Shown here: in pieces, positions 16,136 through 25,280 of the stretch
Position numbering within the stretch: the stretch's first letter is position 1
Layout of the letters: every line of letters starts with the position of its first letter
NCBI GenBank assembly: GCA_047651235.1
Contig: CP178758.1
Location: 990,001 to 1,022,000, forward strand
DNA from: Candidatus Electrothrix yaqonensis
GTDB lineage: Bacteria; Desulfobacterota; Desulfobulbia; Desulfobulbales; Desulfobulbaceae
Reading direction: 5' to 3'
Length of the DNA stretch: 32,000 bases
Made by a program: the position numbers and the translations under genes
The notes under the pieces: model-generated
Told to the model about the DNA's origin: nothing
Databases searched by the model: none
The model's input: the letters and a program-made list of their open reading frames with translations, nothing else

Positions 16136-17092
16136 TCAAGTCGTCCCCAACCTGTCGACTATTGCCGCTGCCAGCAGTGGGATCATCAGCTCGTGGTGGC
16201 CGGTGAAGTTGAAGCCCTTGCCCCCTTCCAGGGTAGGCCGATGCACCACATTGGTGGCGGGGCGATAGGCCCGGATAAAATCAAAATTCGCCGTGGTGAA
16301 CCGCTTCACCTCATGCCCCAGATTGCGCACCACGGTCAGGGCCTTGAGAAAGACCTCGGGCAGCAGCACGGCTGACCCCACGTTCATATACACTCCGCCT
16401 TCCAGCCCGCTGACCAGACGGCAGAAGACCCGGAAATCATAATGGCTGCACTGACCGATGGCCGCGCCGTCGGCATCCGGATGAATATGAATAATGTCCG
16501 TTCCCACAGCCACATGCACGGTCACCGGGATGTTCATCCGGCGGGCCTGAGCCAGCAGGCTCTGCTCGTTAAAAGAGAACCCTTCTCGGAGCAGCATATT
16601 ACCCACTGCCTCACCCAAGCCGATATCTTCTTTTGCCCCCTGATTGATCGCCCGGTTGAGCACCTCGCCGGTCTCTTTGGCCGCACCAAAGGCTCCGGCG
16701 CCCAGCACATCCGCCACATCCTCGGAGGTCCGGCCGACCATCGCGATTTCCGTGTCATGAATAATCCCGGCGCCGTTCAGAGCAATGGCCGAGATCACGC
16801 CTCTCTCCATCAGGTCGATCAGAATCGGATTCAGGCCCACTTTGATGACATGGGCACCCATGCCGAACAGCACAGGTCGTTTATTGCTGATGGCAGCAAG
16901 CAGTCGGTCGATGAATTCAGGAAAATCTACTCCAGCGAACTGTCTGGGCAGGTTGCTGATCAGCTCGGCAACGGTCATGCCCGGACGGACCGGACGGGCG
17001 AAATCGTCCACTGTCACCTTGGAATGGCGGTCGTGGACGGAGTAGGTGTTGAGATTGCTGAAGTCGAGGGGAGATACGGCTTGTTTTGTCAT
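16136..17092 (-). CDS. deoxyhypusine synthase-like family protein
   Basis: PVLFGMGAHVIKVGLNPILIDLMERGVISAIALNGAGIIHDTEIA... resembles the DHS-like NAD-binding fold pattern (..TTGA..HD..) of bacterial and archaeal DHS homologues. Assignment from memory only. Confidence 0.55.
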   Translation of the reverse strand: MTKQAVSPLDFSNLNTYSVHDRHSKVTVDDFARPVRPGMTVAELISNLPRQFAGVDFPEFIDRLLAAISNKRPVLFGMGAHVIKVGLNPILIDLMERGVISAIALNGAGIIHDTEIAMVGRTSEDVADVLGAGAFGAAKETGEVLNRAINQGAKEDIGLGEAVGNMLLREGFSFNEQSLLAQARRMNIPVTVHVAVGTDIIHIHPDADGAAIGQCSHYDFRVFCRLVSGLEGGVYMNVGSAVLLPEVFLKALTVVRNLGHEVKRFTTANFDFIRAYRPATNVVHRPTLEGGKGFNFTGHHELMIPLLAAAIVDRLGTT

Positions 17093-17222
17093 GGAAGAAA
17101 TGTTCCGGCGGTACAGAAGGCAAAGAATAAAGGAATCAGACCTGAAATGATTTTTTGGGAAATTTCGGACAGGATATGCGGATCCGCCTGCCCGGTCGGA
17201 CAGGCAGGCAGACCGTTACGGT

Positions 17223-19592
17223 TTAATCTTGGGTAATCTTGGGCAGAGGCTCGGAAAAATAGTACCCCTGAAGAAAATCCACCCCCAGCGATGCGGCAAG
17301 CTCGGCAGTGGCCTGATCAAAGACAAACTCTGCAACCGTCTGAATTTCAAGTTTCTTTGCCACAGCCACAATGGTTTCCACAATGGTTTGGGAAATGTCA
17401 TCCTTGGTCAGTTTCCGGACAATGGAACCGTCAATCTTCAGGTAATCCACCTGGAGCTTCAGCAGCCGCTCATAATTGGAGTGGCCGCTGCCGAAATCAT
17501 CAATGGCGATCTTACAGCCCATTGCCTTCATTTCCCGGATAAATTGCGCAACCTCGTCATAATTCTCAAACCCTTCTGTCTCAACAATTTCCAGAATCAC
17601 TCTCTCGGCCGTGGAGGTTTCCAGAAGCCGCTTTTTCAGATGCCGTACAACCGCAAGATCAAGAATATCCTGCGTGGATAAATTCATGGAAAATTCCAGC
17701 TCGCTGTCTGCAAAGGCCGCACAGGCGTTGTCAATAACCGCTATGGTAATTTTGGTGTATATCCGTGCTTTCTTGGCTGCCTCAAGAAAATGCCCCGGCG
17801 GGATGACCGTGCCGTCTTCCTCGATAATCCGTACCAGACATTCATACTTGTCCGCTTCTCCGGTATCAGCCCGGACAATAGGCTGAAAAAAGGTCACAAC
17901 CCTGCCGTCATGCAGGGCATTACGGATATCAACGGCAATGGAATGATTTTTCTCCAGCTCCAGCCTGATATTACCGCTTTCTTTATTGATCACATACTCC
18001 TGCCGATTTTTCTTTGCCTGTTTCAGCGCAATATCAGCCTCAAGGAGTCCGTTCTTGAGATTCCAGGCGACTCCGCAGGTGACATGGACAGCGATTTCGC
18101 TGCTGTTGACCAGAAAAGGCCGACTGGTAATACAGTCTGTCAGCCGCTCGACAGTGGTCTCCAGTTCGGGCAGCTGACATTCTCTGTTCACCAGCAAGGC
18201 GGTCTGATCCCCGGGCAGTTTGTAGAGCTGACACGGTCCGTCCGCGCATTCCCGCTGCAGCCGCCGGACAAGTTCAATCAGGATCTTGTCCCCTGTTTCA
18301 ATGCCGAAATAATCATTGATATCGGCAAAGGCATGGATATCAAAGAGGATGACCGTTGTCCTCTCCACTCCGTTCAGGTCCAGCAGCATCTGATAACGGT
18401 TCGGCAGACCGGTCAGTTTATCTGTTGTCAGGAGCGCCTGCATCTCCTGCCGGTTCTCCACCAGTTCGGTCACATCTGCCTTGACTGAAATATATTCAAT
18501 TATTTCACCGCGATCATCCAGGATTGGACAGACCGTTGTCTGGGCCCAGCAGTAACTGCCGTCTTTTTTGCGGTTCTTCAGCAGACCCTGCCATATCTGT
18601 TTCGCCTGAATCGTCTCCCATAAGTCCTGAAAAACCTTCTCATCCACATCCGAATACTGGAGAAAAGAATGCGGCATCCCAATAAGCTCATGCTCTGCAT
18701 ACCCGAACACCGCACACATCTTGTCATTGACATAGCTAATCCTTCCTTCCAGGTCACCTTTGGAGACAATGACACTTGCATCCAGTACCTTTGAATATTC
18801 CTGCAGCAGGTTGATCTGTTTCCGCAGTTCTCCGGTCTGACTCTGAACAGTTTCTTCAAGGTCCTCGGTATACTGCTCATCCTGTTGCTTAATTTTGCGG
18901 ATCAGAAAAAAGATAATTGTTAAAAAGGCAATACTGCCTGCAAGCGTGACAAGGGTTGTTTTGCAGAAAAACTGTTTGATCAGTTCATTGCGGATATTGG
19001 CCCTTTTTATTTTGATACTGAGAACCCCGCGTAAATCTCCTTCCTTGTACCCGAAAGCGGTCGAATACTTGTCTGCAATCTCCGGCAGAACTTCTTCCTT
19101 GGCGCCGTGGCACTGCAGACACATTTTCTCAATAAGAAGCGGAGAAGCATAAAAAAAATACTGTTCATCATCTGATCCGATCTTTTTAAAATACTCCTTT
19201 TCCGAAGGATTTTCCTTGAAAAACCGGATAGCCTTCTGTTCCGCGCTGTCAGCCATATTCTTCCGGTTTCTCGGCCTGTCCGTGACCGTGTTCACTGTTA
19301 TCTGGTTGCCGGTCACGGCGGCGAACTCTTCGGAAATACTGGAAATCGCCATAGCAGGCAGGAGCCGGGCATTGCCAGCGTTGACGGAAATGTGATCTTC
19401 GACAAACGTCTGCTGATACACGGAACGGTAGGCTTCAATAAAATGCTGCAGTATTTTTGCATCCTCATAGTAGATCTTCTCTTCAATCTGCGCGAGGTTG
19501 CTGTACTCCTCGCTCATCTTGAACGCCATGAAGATAGCGAAGAAAATAAAAATACACAGAAACAGCCTGTTGGTTCTGGTCAGCTTTCTCAT
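17223..19592 (-). CDS. membrane sensor: DUF3365 (c-type haem) - TM - PAS - degenerate GGDEF - EAL (c-di-GMP phosphodiesterase-type)
   Basis: N-terminal TM. DUF3365-like region with RPRNRKNMADSAEQKA and haem motif CLQCHG (about 19101-19121). PAS (GRISYVNDKMCAVFGY). GGDEF motif replaced by LPGDQ. EAL domain with ECLVR, EIVETE, DDFGSGHSNY, LKIDG, LQGYYFSEP. Confidence 0.85.
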   Translation of the reverse strand: MRKLTRTNRLFLCIFIFFAIFMAFKMSEEYSNLAQIEEKIYYEDAKILQHFIEAYRSVYQQTFVEDHISVNAGNARLLPAMAISSISEEFAAVTGNQITVNTVTDRPRNRKNMADSAEQKAIRFFKENPSEKEYFKKIGSDDEQYFFYASPLLIEKMCLQCHGAKEEVLPEIADKYSTAFGYKEGDLRGVLSIKIKRANIRNELIKQFFCKTTLVTLAGSIAFLTIIFFLIRKIKQQDEQYTEDLEETVQSQTGELRKQINLLQEYSKVLDASVIVSKGDLEGRISYVNDKMCAVFGYAEHELIGMPHSFLQYSDVDEKVFQDLWETIQAKQIWQGLLKNRKKDGSYCWAQTTVCPILDDRGEIIEYISVKADVTELVENRQEMQALLTTDKLTGLPNRYQMLLDLNGVERTTVILFDIHAFADINDYFGIETGDKILIELVRRLQRECADGPCQLYKLPGDQTALLVNRECQLPELETTVERLTDCITSRPFLVNSSEIAVHVTCGVAWNLKNGLLEADIALKQAKKNRQEYVINKESGNIRLELEKNHSIAVDIRNALHDGRVVTFFQPIVRADTGEADKYECLVRIIEEDGTVIPPGHFLEAAKKARIYTKITIAVIDNACAAFADSELEFSMNLSTQDILDLAVVRHLKKRLLETSTAERVILEIVETEGFENYDEVAQFIREMKAMGCKIAIDDFGSGHSNYERLLKLQVDYLKIDGSIVRKLTKDDISQTIVETIVAVAKKLEIQTVAEFVFDQATAELAASLGVDFLQGYYFSEPLPKITQD

Positions 19593-19703
19593 GTCAGCCT
19601 GCGGCAGTTTTCCGGATATATCGCTTTAATTTTAATCTCCATACGCTTCTCCCTGCCGCTGTCAGTATCCTGTGAAAAACAAAAAACAGTTTCTGTGCTC
19701 CGC

Positions 19704-20135
19704 TCAGGAAACCGTTTCCGGGTACCAGAGTGTCAGGGTGGCATAGCCGTCCCTGTAGGCTGTTGCGGAAAGTTTGCTCAGTATGGCTTGGTGGCCTGAC
19801 AACGCGTTGAGCAGATCCAGAATTTCCTGATACATTTCTTCCTTGTACCGTTCTGTCTCAGAGGCATCGGCTATGGTGTTGACATCAACTTTGACCCACT
19901 CGCTGATACTCCGGCCTGCAGGGATAGACGGAACAGAGACCGGTTCCGGATAATATACCACAGCTCTGGCAGAACCGCCCACGATATTGGTCATGACGAC
20001 CTTTGCATATGCTGCCGTCCCCTGCAGGGTCTCCAGTTTTTTGGTTATCTTATGTTCCAGCTCAGTGACCCCTTCCCTTCCCGAATGCATCGAGGTAAAC
20101 ATCTCATAATTCCAACGTATCATCTTTTTCACCAT
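19704..20135 (-). CDS. hypothetical protein (143 aa)
   Basis: Only long ORF in this interval, same strand as its neighbours. No recognisable motif. Confidence 0.45.
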   Translation of the reverse strand: MVKKMIRWNYEMFTSMHSGREGVTELEHKITKKLETLQGTAAYAKVVMTNIVGGSARAVVYYPEPVSVPSIPAGRSISEWVKVDVNTIADASETERYKEEMYQEILDLLNALSGHQAILSKLSATAYRDGYATLTLWYPETVS

Positions 20136-20370
20136 CTTTAAACTATATACAACGACTGCTCTGCCCTATGCCCTATTGTATTGTATGCCAGCCCGGCCTT
20201 TACTTTTCCGCTGGCCGTACATGCACAATGTTTTTTCCAAAATTCCTACCATATACAGTATAGTAATCTTCTGTCAAGGATTTCGTGATTCTCAGAAATG
20301 ATGCACACGGAAAAATTTCCCGAACCCGGCAGGATACCGGCGTACCGGAGAGTGCTCCCGGAACTCGGCA

Positions 20371-23025
20371 TCAGTCCTTCTGCTCTTCCTGCTGCACGTC
20401 ATCTACGTCATTATCTCTGATGATTCTGCTGATGCCGGTGTAATCGGTTTTACCGGTTCCTAACAGGGGAATCTCATCAATCCGGCGGACACGCCGGATA
20501 TTATGAAGCGGCGACAGCCCGGCGTCCCGGAGCGCCTGATTGGCCTCCTGCCTGTCTGTTGCAAAGGTGGTCAGCAGGACCAGTTCCGGATGATGCTCGT
20601 CACCGGTAGCGGCTACAGCCAGCACCGGACCGTCCCCGCCGGGATAATGGGCCTCCAGAACCTGTTCAATGGCGGGCAGGGAGATCATCTCACCGCCCAT
20701 TTTGACAAAACGCTTCAGCCGTCCGGCAAAGACCAGCACCCCGTCCCGTTCGAACATCAGATCACCGGTATCATACCAGGATTTGCCATCGAATTCTACA
20801 AAAGGCGAAGGTGCATCACCGAGATAGCCGGAAAAAACATTAGGGCCGCGTACCAGTAGACGGCCATTCTGGCCTTCCGCGACCGGCTTCCCTGTTTCAG
20901 GGTGAAGAAGGACATATTCCATAGAGGCCAGAACCCTGCCGATGGTTCCGGCCTGCGGTGCCTCCGGGGAATTGACCGAGACCACAGGTGAGCACTCGGT
21001 CACGCCGTAGCCTTCACAGAGCACGGCCTGCGGACATTGCTCCTTCAGGGCGGCAAAGACATGGTCCGGGCATTTTTCCGCCCCGGAGAAGATCAGCCGC
21101 AGAGCATCCAGGTTCTCCGGTTCTCCGGCCCGGAGAATGCCGTACAGAAAGGTCGGCGTGGTGATCAGGATGCTTGTTTTGTAGGCCCCGATCATCCGAG
21201 CCAGCTGGATACTCTCGGTCGGATTGGGCCAGTACACGGTACGCAGCCCGGTACAAAGCGGCAGGATGACGGTTCCGGCCAGTCCGAGGGAATGAAAAAC
21301 CGGCAGGATGCCCAGAAGGCGGTCATTGCTGTGCAGAGACAGGATCCGGGAAAAATCCTGGGCGTTTGTTAAAAAATTACTGTGCGTCAGAGGCACCGAT
21401 TTCGGTCGTGCCTCGGAACCGGAGGTAAAGAGAACTGCTGCATTCTCCGCTATTTCAGCCTGCTGCAGGTCATTCCAGGACAGTTTGCTTTTCAGCAGGG
21501 CAGTGATTTTGCGTCCCGCGCTCATCCCGGCCGCCATTTCTTCCAGATACAACCAGGATACGCCCACCTTGTCCAGTTCAATCCCCCGCTGGAGAAGTTT
21601 GTCCGTCAACGCTCTGACTGTGATGACCCTGTCCGCCCCGGCAGTACGCAGAGAATGCTCCATATTGCCGGTGCCGCTGGTCCAGTTGATCATTACCGGT
21701 TCTTTGCCGCTGAACATCACGGCCAGCCAGCTGATCACCGCGCTGACGGACGACGGAATCATGATCCCCACCCTGTTGCCGGGGATTTTTCTGATCTCCG
21801 GCAGCAGGGCATATACGGCCATAATTAGCTGCCGCCAGGTTTTATCGCCGCTGATCTGGTCGGACAGGATAACCTGATCCGGATGCTGCCGGGCCTGATA
21901 GAGAAAAAGATCGGCAATGGTTGCGCCCTCAGGCAGCACCAGCGGTTTCTTTTCGATCTGCTCAAACCATTCCGGGGAAATCGGTTTCAGCCGGGCGCCT
22001 GATATGACCGGCATGATCCCCCCGGCGGCAAGAATACAGTCGGAAACCGTCTGCAGAGCCTCCAGATTTTCCGCAGCCACGCCGAACTCCTGGTGCAGCC
22101 AGGAACCGAATTCGGCCAAGGTCAGACTGTCCATGCCGAGGTCCGCAGCAAGGCTGTCTTTCGGCCTGATGTCCTCTGCATCGGCAAGTTCTCCCAGTTT
22201 TTTCAGCACCATTGTCCGGATACTCTTCGGGATCTCACGGATATCATGATCAGCAAAGGCCGTCTCTGCCTCCTCATGATAGATCGGTCGGCTGCCCTGC
22301 CACCAGTACTGCGGAATTTCCGTTTTTCTGTCCGGTTCTACGTTATAAAATTCTTCAAGATAGCGGTTGATCTCCTGTTTGCTGCCGTGGATCGGCAAAT
22401 CGTCCGGCTCAACAATCTCGATATGCACCTCCCGCCGGGGCATAAAAAAAATACCGTTGACCAGGACCCGCAGGAGCACACCACGGAGATTGCCCAGCAG
22501 CGAAGGCACACCAGAGGCCCGGCTGAACTGACTGCCCCACAGCCCCCGCATCCGCAAAAGAACAACTCTTGCTTCCGGCACGGCATGGATGACCGAGGCT
22601 GCGCCGCTGTTGGCGCCGATGATATCCACATTGCTTCTGGAAATCCGCCCGGCAGGATACAGAAGAATATTCTCTCCTCTTTTTAGAGCGACGACGATTT
22701 CTTCAATCCCGATGAGCACCTGTTTTTTGGCATCTTTGCCGCTGGTATTCAGATCAGGAATGAGGATGGCCCGGATCATTCTCATCAGCTTTCTGACCAG
22801 GGGCTGGGAAACCTGTCCTTCATCTGCCAGCGGTCTGGGCGTAAAGCTGCGGTACAGCAGAGTCATGACAATGACCGGATCAATCAGGGCCTGATGGTTG
22901 GGCAGAAACAGAATGGGACGCTTATCCTCTGTTCCCCTCCTGAGTTCCTTCAGGCCGGTGGCTGTGATGCGGTAACGGAGGCGGAGGAGAAGGGACAGGA
23001 GGATACTGATCAGCTTGGTCATCAT
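20371..23025 (-). CDS. Aas-like trifunctional protein: lysophospholipid acyltransferase + ACP-like carrier domain + AMP-forming acyl-ACP/CoA synthetase
   Basis: HX4D box NHQALID plus YPAGRISR (acyltransferase). LGMDSLTLAEF (phosphopantetheine-attachment DSL, Ser codon about 22126-22128). LFTSGSEARPKSV, GYGVTE, YDTGDL, GRLKRFVKMGGEMISL (adenylate-forming enzyme core motifs). Confidence 0.85.
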   Translation of the reverse strand: MMTKLISILLSLLLRLRYRITATGLKELRRGTEDKRPILFLPNHQALIDPVIVMTLLYRSFTPRPLADEGQVSQPLVRKLMRMIRAILIPDLNTSGKDAKKQVLIGIEEIVVALKRGENILLYPAGRISRSNVDIIGANSGAASVIHAVPEARVVLLRMRGLWGSQFSRASGVPSLLGNLRGVLLRVLVNGIFFMPRREVHIEIVEPDDLPIHGSKQEINRYLEEFYNVEPDRKTEIPQYWWQGSRPIYHEEAETAFADHDIREIPKSIRTMVLKKLGELADAEDIRPKDSLAADLGMDSLTLAEFGSWLHQEFGVAAENLEALQTVSDCILAAGGIMPVISGARLKPISPEWFEQIEKKPLVLPEGATIADLFLYQARQHPDQVILSDQISGDKTWRQLIMAVYALLPEIRKIPGNRVGIMIPSSVSAVISWLAVMFSGKEPVMINWTSGTGNMEHSLRTAGADRVITVRALTDKLLQRGIELDKVGVSWLYLEEMAAGMSAGRKITALLKSKLSWNDLQQAEIAENAAVLFTSGSEARPKSVPLTHSNFLTNAQDFSRILSLHSNDRLLGILPVFHSLGLAGTVILPLCTGLRTVYWPNPTESIQLARMIGAYKTSILITTPTFLYGILRAGEPENLDALRLIFSGAEKCPDHVFAALKEQCPQAVLCEGYGVTECSPVVSVNSPEAPQAGTIGRVLASMEYVLLHPETGKPVAEGQNGRLLVRGPNVFSGYLGDAPSPFVEFDGKSWYDTGDLMFERDGVLVFAGRLKRFVKMGGEMISLPAIEQVLEAHYPGGDGPVLAVAATGDEHHPELVLLTTFATDRQEANQALRDAGLSPLHNIRRVRRIDEIPLLGTGKTDYTGISRIIRDNDVDDVQQEEQKD

Positions 23026-23140
23026 GGAATCCCGGTAAGAAAGTTTTCAGAAAACGGGCAATAAAAAAGCAATGAGCCACCCTGCTTCAAGGGGCGGAGC
23101 TTTCCGGCGAAACGGCGATAAGTGTACAGAATTATGAAAA

Positions 23141-23842
23141 TTATCGGTCAATACCACTGAGAACGGCCTCTCTGGCTGCTGTGCGCAGTTCCGCTCTTTT
23201 CCGGCCTTGGGGCAGAATCAGCGGATGGATAGTGACCCGTACCCTGCCGGGACGCAGCAGTTTTGCGTGTCTCGGCAGGATCTCTCCTGTGCCGGACAGA
23301 CTGACCGGCAGAATGGGCACGCCAGTTTTTGCGGCCAGACTGAAGGCACCGGGATGAAAACTGCCCAGAGCTGCATCAGTCGGTATGGTGCCTTCCGGAA
23401 AAATAATCAGCGACGCCCCTGCCCGGAGAGCTTCCAGAGACTGCTGCAGACTGCTGCGGTTGCCAGCTTTCAGTTTTCTGTCAATGCTGATGTACCCGGT
23501 CGCTTTCATGGCCCAACCGATGAACGGCACCCTGAAGACTGCATCCTTTGAGACAAATTTGCAGTGCAGGGGAAAAGCGGCGAGCACGACCGGGATATCC
23601 ATATAGCTCCGGTGATTCGCCACAATGATAACGTTCTGTCCCTCCGGGATATTCTCCATCCCGATCCGTTCTGTACGTATCCCTATCGCCAGCAGATTCC
23701 ATTTTCCCCATAGCCTGTTGAAAGAATGCGAAAGCCTGCCGCTTCTGTCAATACACCCGACAAGGACGGAAAGCGAGGTGAAAATAATGGTGTTGAGTAG
23801 TAAAACAGGCCATGCATAGCAGGAGTATAACCATTGAAGCAT
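23141..23842 (-). CDS. plsC: 1-acyl-sn-glycerol-3-phosphate acyltransferase family protein
   Basis: ANHRSYMDIP (HX4D), FVSKDAVFRVPFIGW, IIFPEGT, N-terminal TM helix. Confidence 0.8.
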   Translation of the reverse strand: MLQWLYSCYAWPVLLLNTIIFTSLSVLVGCIDRSGRLSHSFNRLWGKWNLLAIGIRTERIGMENIPEGQNVIIVANHRSYMDIPVVLAAFPLHCKFVSKDAVFRVPFIGWAMKATGYISIDRKLKAGNRSSLQQSLEALRAGASLIIFPEGTIPTDAALGSFHPGAFSLAAKTGVPILPVSLSGTGEILPRHAKLLRPGRVRVTIHPLILPQGRKRAELRTAAREAVLSGIDR

Positions 23843-23932
23843 TGTTGCGTTCCTTAATGTGTGCTTAATGTGGTGAGCGGGTGACCGGCCAGCACAAGGC
23901 AGGTCCCTGATGACGCTCAGATGTTCAGATCA

Positions 23933-24685
23933 TCAGGTCATATTAATTATGATGTCGCGCAGCTGTTCGGCAAAGGTATCTTTGTCTTTCCCGGTTTTTT
24001 CGCCGGGATACACCGGTTCACCGATGATAACCGAGGCCCGGCCGGGCCGAAAACGCAGGCTATGCTTGGGCAGAACCTCTCTGAAACCTTCAAGCCGGAT
24101 CGGCAGCAGCGGCACTCTTTTCCTGATGCCCAGATAAAATGGACCGCCTTTAAACTCTTGTATCTCACCGTCCGGTGTTCTGGTGCCTTCCGGAAACACG
24201 ACAATGGAAAACCCCTGGTCAAGCGCCTCACCCGCCTGCCTGAGAATCTGCATGCTCTGTCTGGGATTGTCCCGCTCAATGCCGAAATACCGGGCCATGC
24301 GCATGAGCCATCCCATGAACGGCACGCTGTAATGCTCTTTTTTCGAGATGTACTTGAACGGTTCCGGCACCAGAGCGCCCAGCAGCACAATATCAAAATG
24401 ACTCTGATGGTTGGCCACAATGATTCTCGGCTCTCTCCGCTGCAGGTGCTCCTTTCCTCTGACATCCAGCCGGACGCCGGAACAGAACACGATCAGTTTG
24501 TAGAGCAGGACAGCCCCGCTGTGGACCAGTCTGCCCCGCAGCCTGAGGGGGAAGTCAATCAGAAAGAGAAGGAAGGAAAAAAAAGTCCAGACTACTGTCA
24601 GACAGCCGACCATGGACCAGAAATACCCGGACCACAGCATATCGGCCGGAAATTTGCGGGTTGATTTTTCTGATGTATTATTCAT
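23933..24685 (-). CDS. 1-acyl-sn-glycerol-3-phosphate acyltransferase family protein (second paralogue)
   Basis: ANHQSHFDIV (HX4D), YISKKEHYSVPFMGW, VVFPEGTRTPDG, N-terminal TM helix. The antisense 247-aa ORF has no motifs. Confidence 0.8.
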   Translation of the reverse strand: MNNTSEKSTRKFPADMLWSGYFWSMVGCLTVVWTFFSFLLFLIDFPLRLRGRLVHSGAVLLYKLIVFCSGVRLDVRGKEHLQRREPRIIVANHQSHFDIVLLGALVPEPFKYISKKEHYSVPFMGWLMRMARYFGIERDNPRQSMQILRQAGEALDQGFSIVVFPEGTRTPDGEIQEFKGGPFYLGIRKRVPLLPIRLEGFREVLPKHSLRFRPGRASVIIGEPVYPGEKTGKDKDTFAEQLRDIIINMT

Positions 24686-24762
24686 TCTTCATTGCAGCGC
24701 ACGAATTCAAATTTCACAAGTTGCATGAACAACCTGCAGGTACAACTTACTGCTGACCATGA

Positions 24763-25185
24763 TTAATATCTTTTATTAAAATAATCGTCCAGTATCAGGG
24801 CATGATCAAAGGCCAACTCAGGTAGATTTTCCTGGGTGAAGATACCGGCCTGAACAGCATCATCCGCTCCCTTGGGAATACCCGCAGCCCGGGCGATAAA
24901 GATGGTTGAAGCGGTATGCTGACGCTGATCCCGGTCCGGGGCCGAATAGGTATGAAACTGACGCACCAGAGTGACATCCAGTCCTGTTTCCTCTTTGGCT
25001 TCCCGCACAGCAGCATCTTCAAAACTCTCTCCGTAATCGACAAAACCGCCCGGCAGGGCCCAGCCGTAGGGCGGATTGCCGCGCCGGATAAGCACGATAC
25101 CATTTTCCAGTTCAATAATAATATCAACAGTGGGAACAGGATTTCTGTACACCGGAACGTCTGCGCCGCATTGACTGCACTGCAT
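24763..25185 (-). CDS. NUDIX hydrolase with N-terminal CxxC zinc-ribbon-like motif
   Basis: Nudix box [27 protein letters not shown] 25185 is preceded by AAGGAG 7 nt upstream. The longer 25284 start lacks an SD and adds a low-complexity leader. Confidence 0.85.
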   Translation of the reverse strand: MQCSQCGADVPVYRNPVPTVDIIIELENGIVLIRRGNPPYGWALPGGFVDYGESFEDAAVREAKEETGLDVTLVRQFHTYSAPDRDQRQHTASTIFIARAAGIPKGADDAVQAGIFTQENLPELAFDHALILDDYFNKRY

Positions 25186-25280
25186 GACTGCACTCCTTGA
25201 CGAAGATATAGAACTATAAGAACAAGAGGACAATAAAATCAGATCGAGATAAACAGGGAATAAGCAGAAAAACAAAAAGA

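Noticed and set aside
17187-17213. GC-rich imperfect hairpin (GCCTGCC...GGCAGGC) after the GGDEF/EAL gene as a terminator
   Set aside because: The stem is imperfect and no adjacent U-tract follows, so the confidence is too low.
16442-17236. 264-aa plus-strand ORF
   Set aside because: Antisense shadow of the deoxyhypusine-synthase-like gene. The composition is His/Arg/Gly-rich and not protein-like.
23921-24664. 247-aa plus-strand ORF nearly coextensive with the second PlsC gene
   Set aside because: The minus-strand frame carries the HX4D and FPEGTRT acyltransferase motifs. The plus-strand frame has none.
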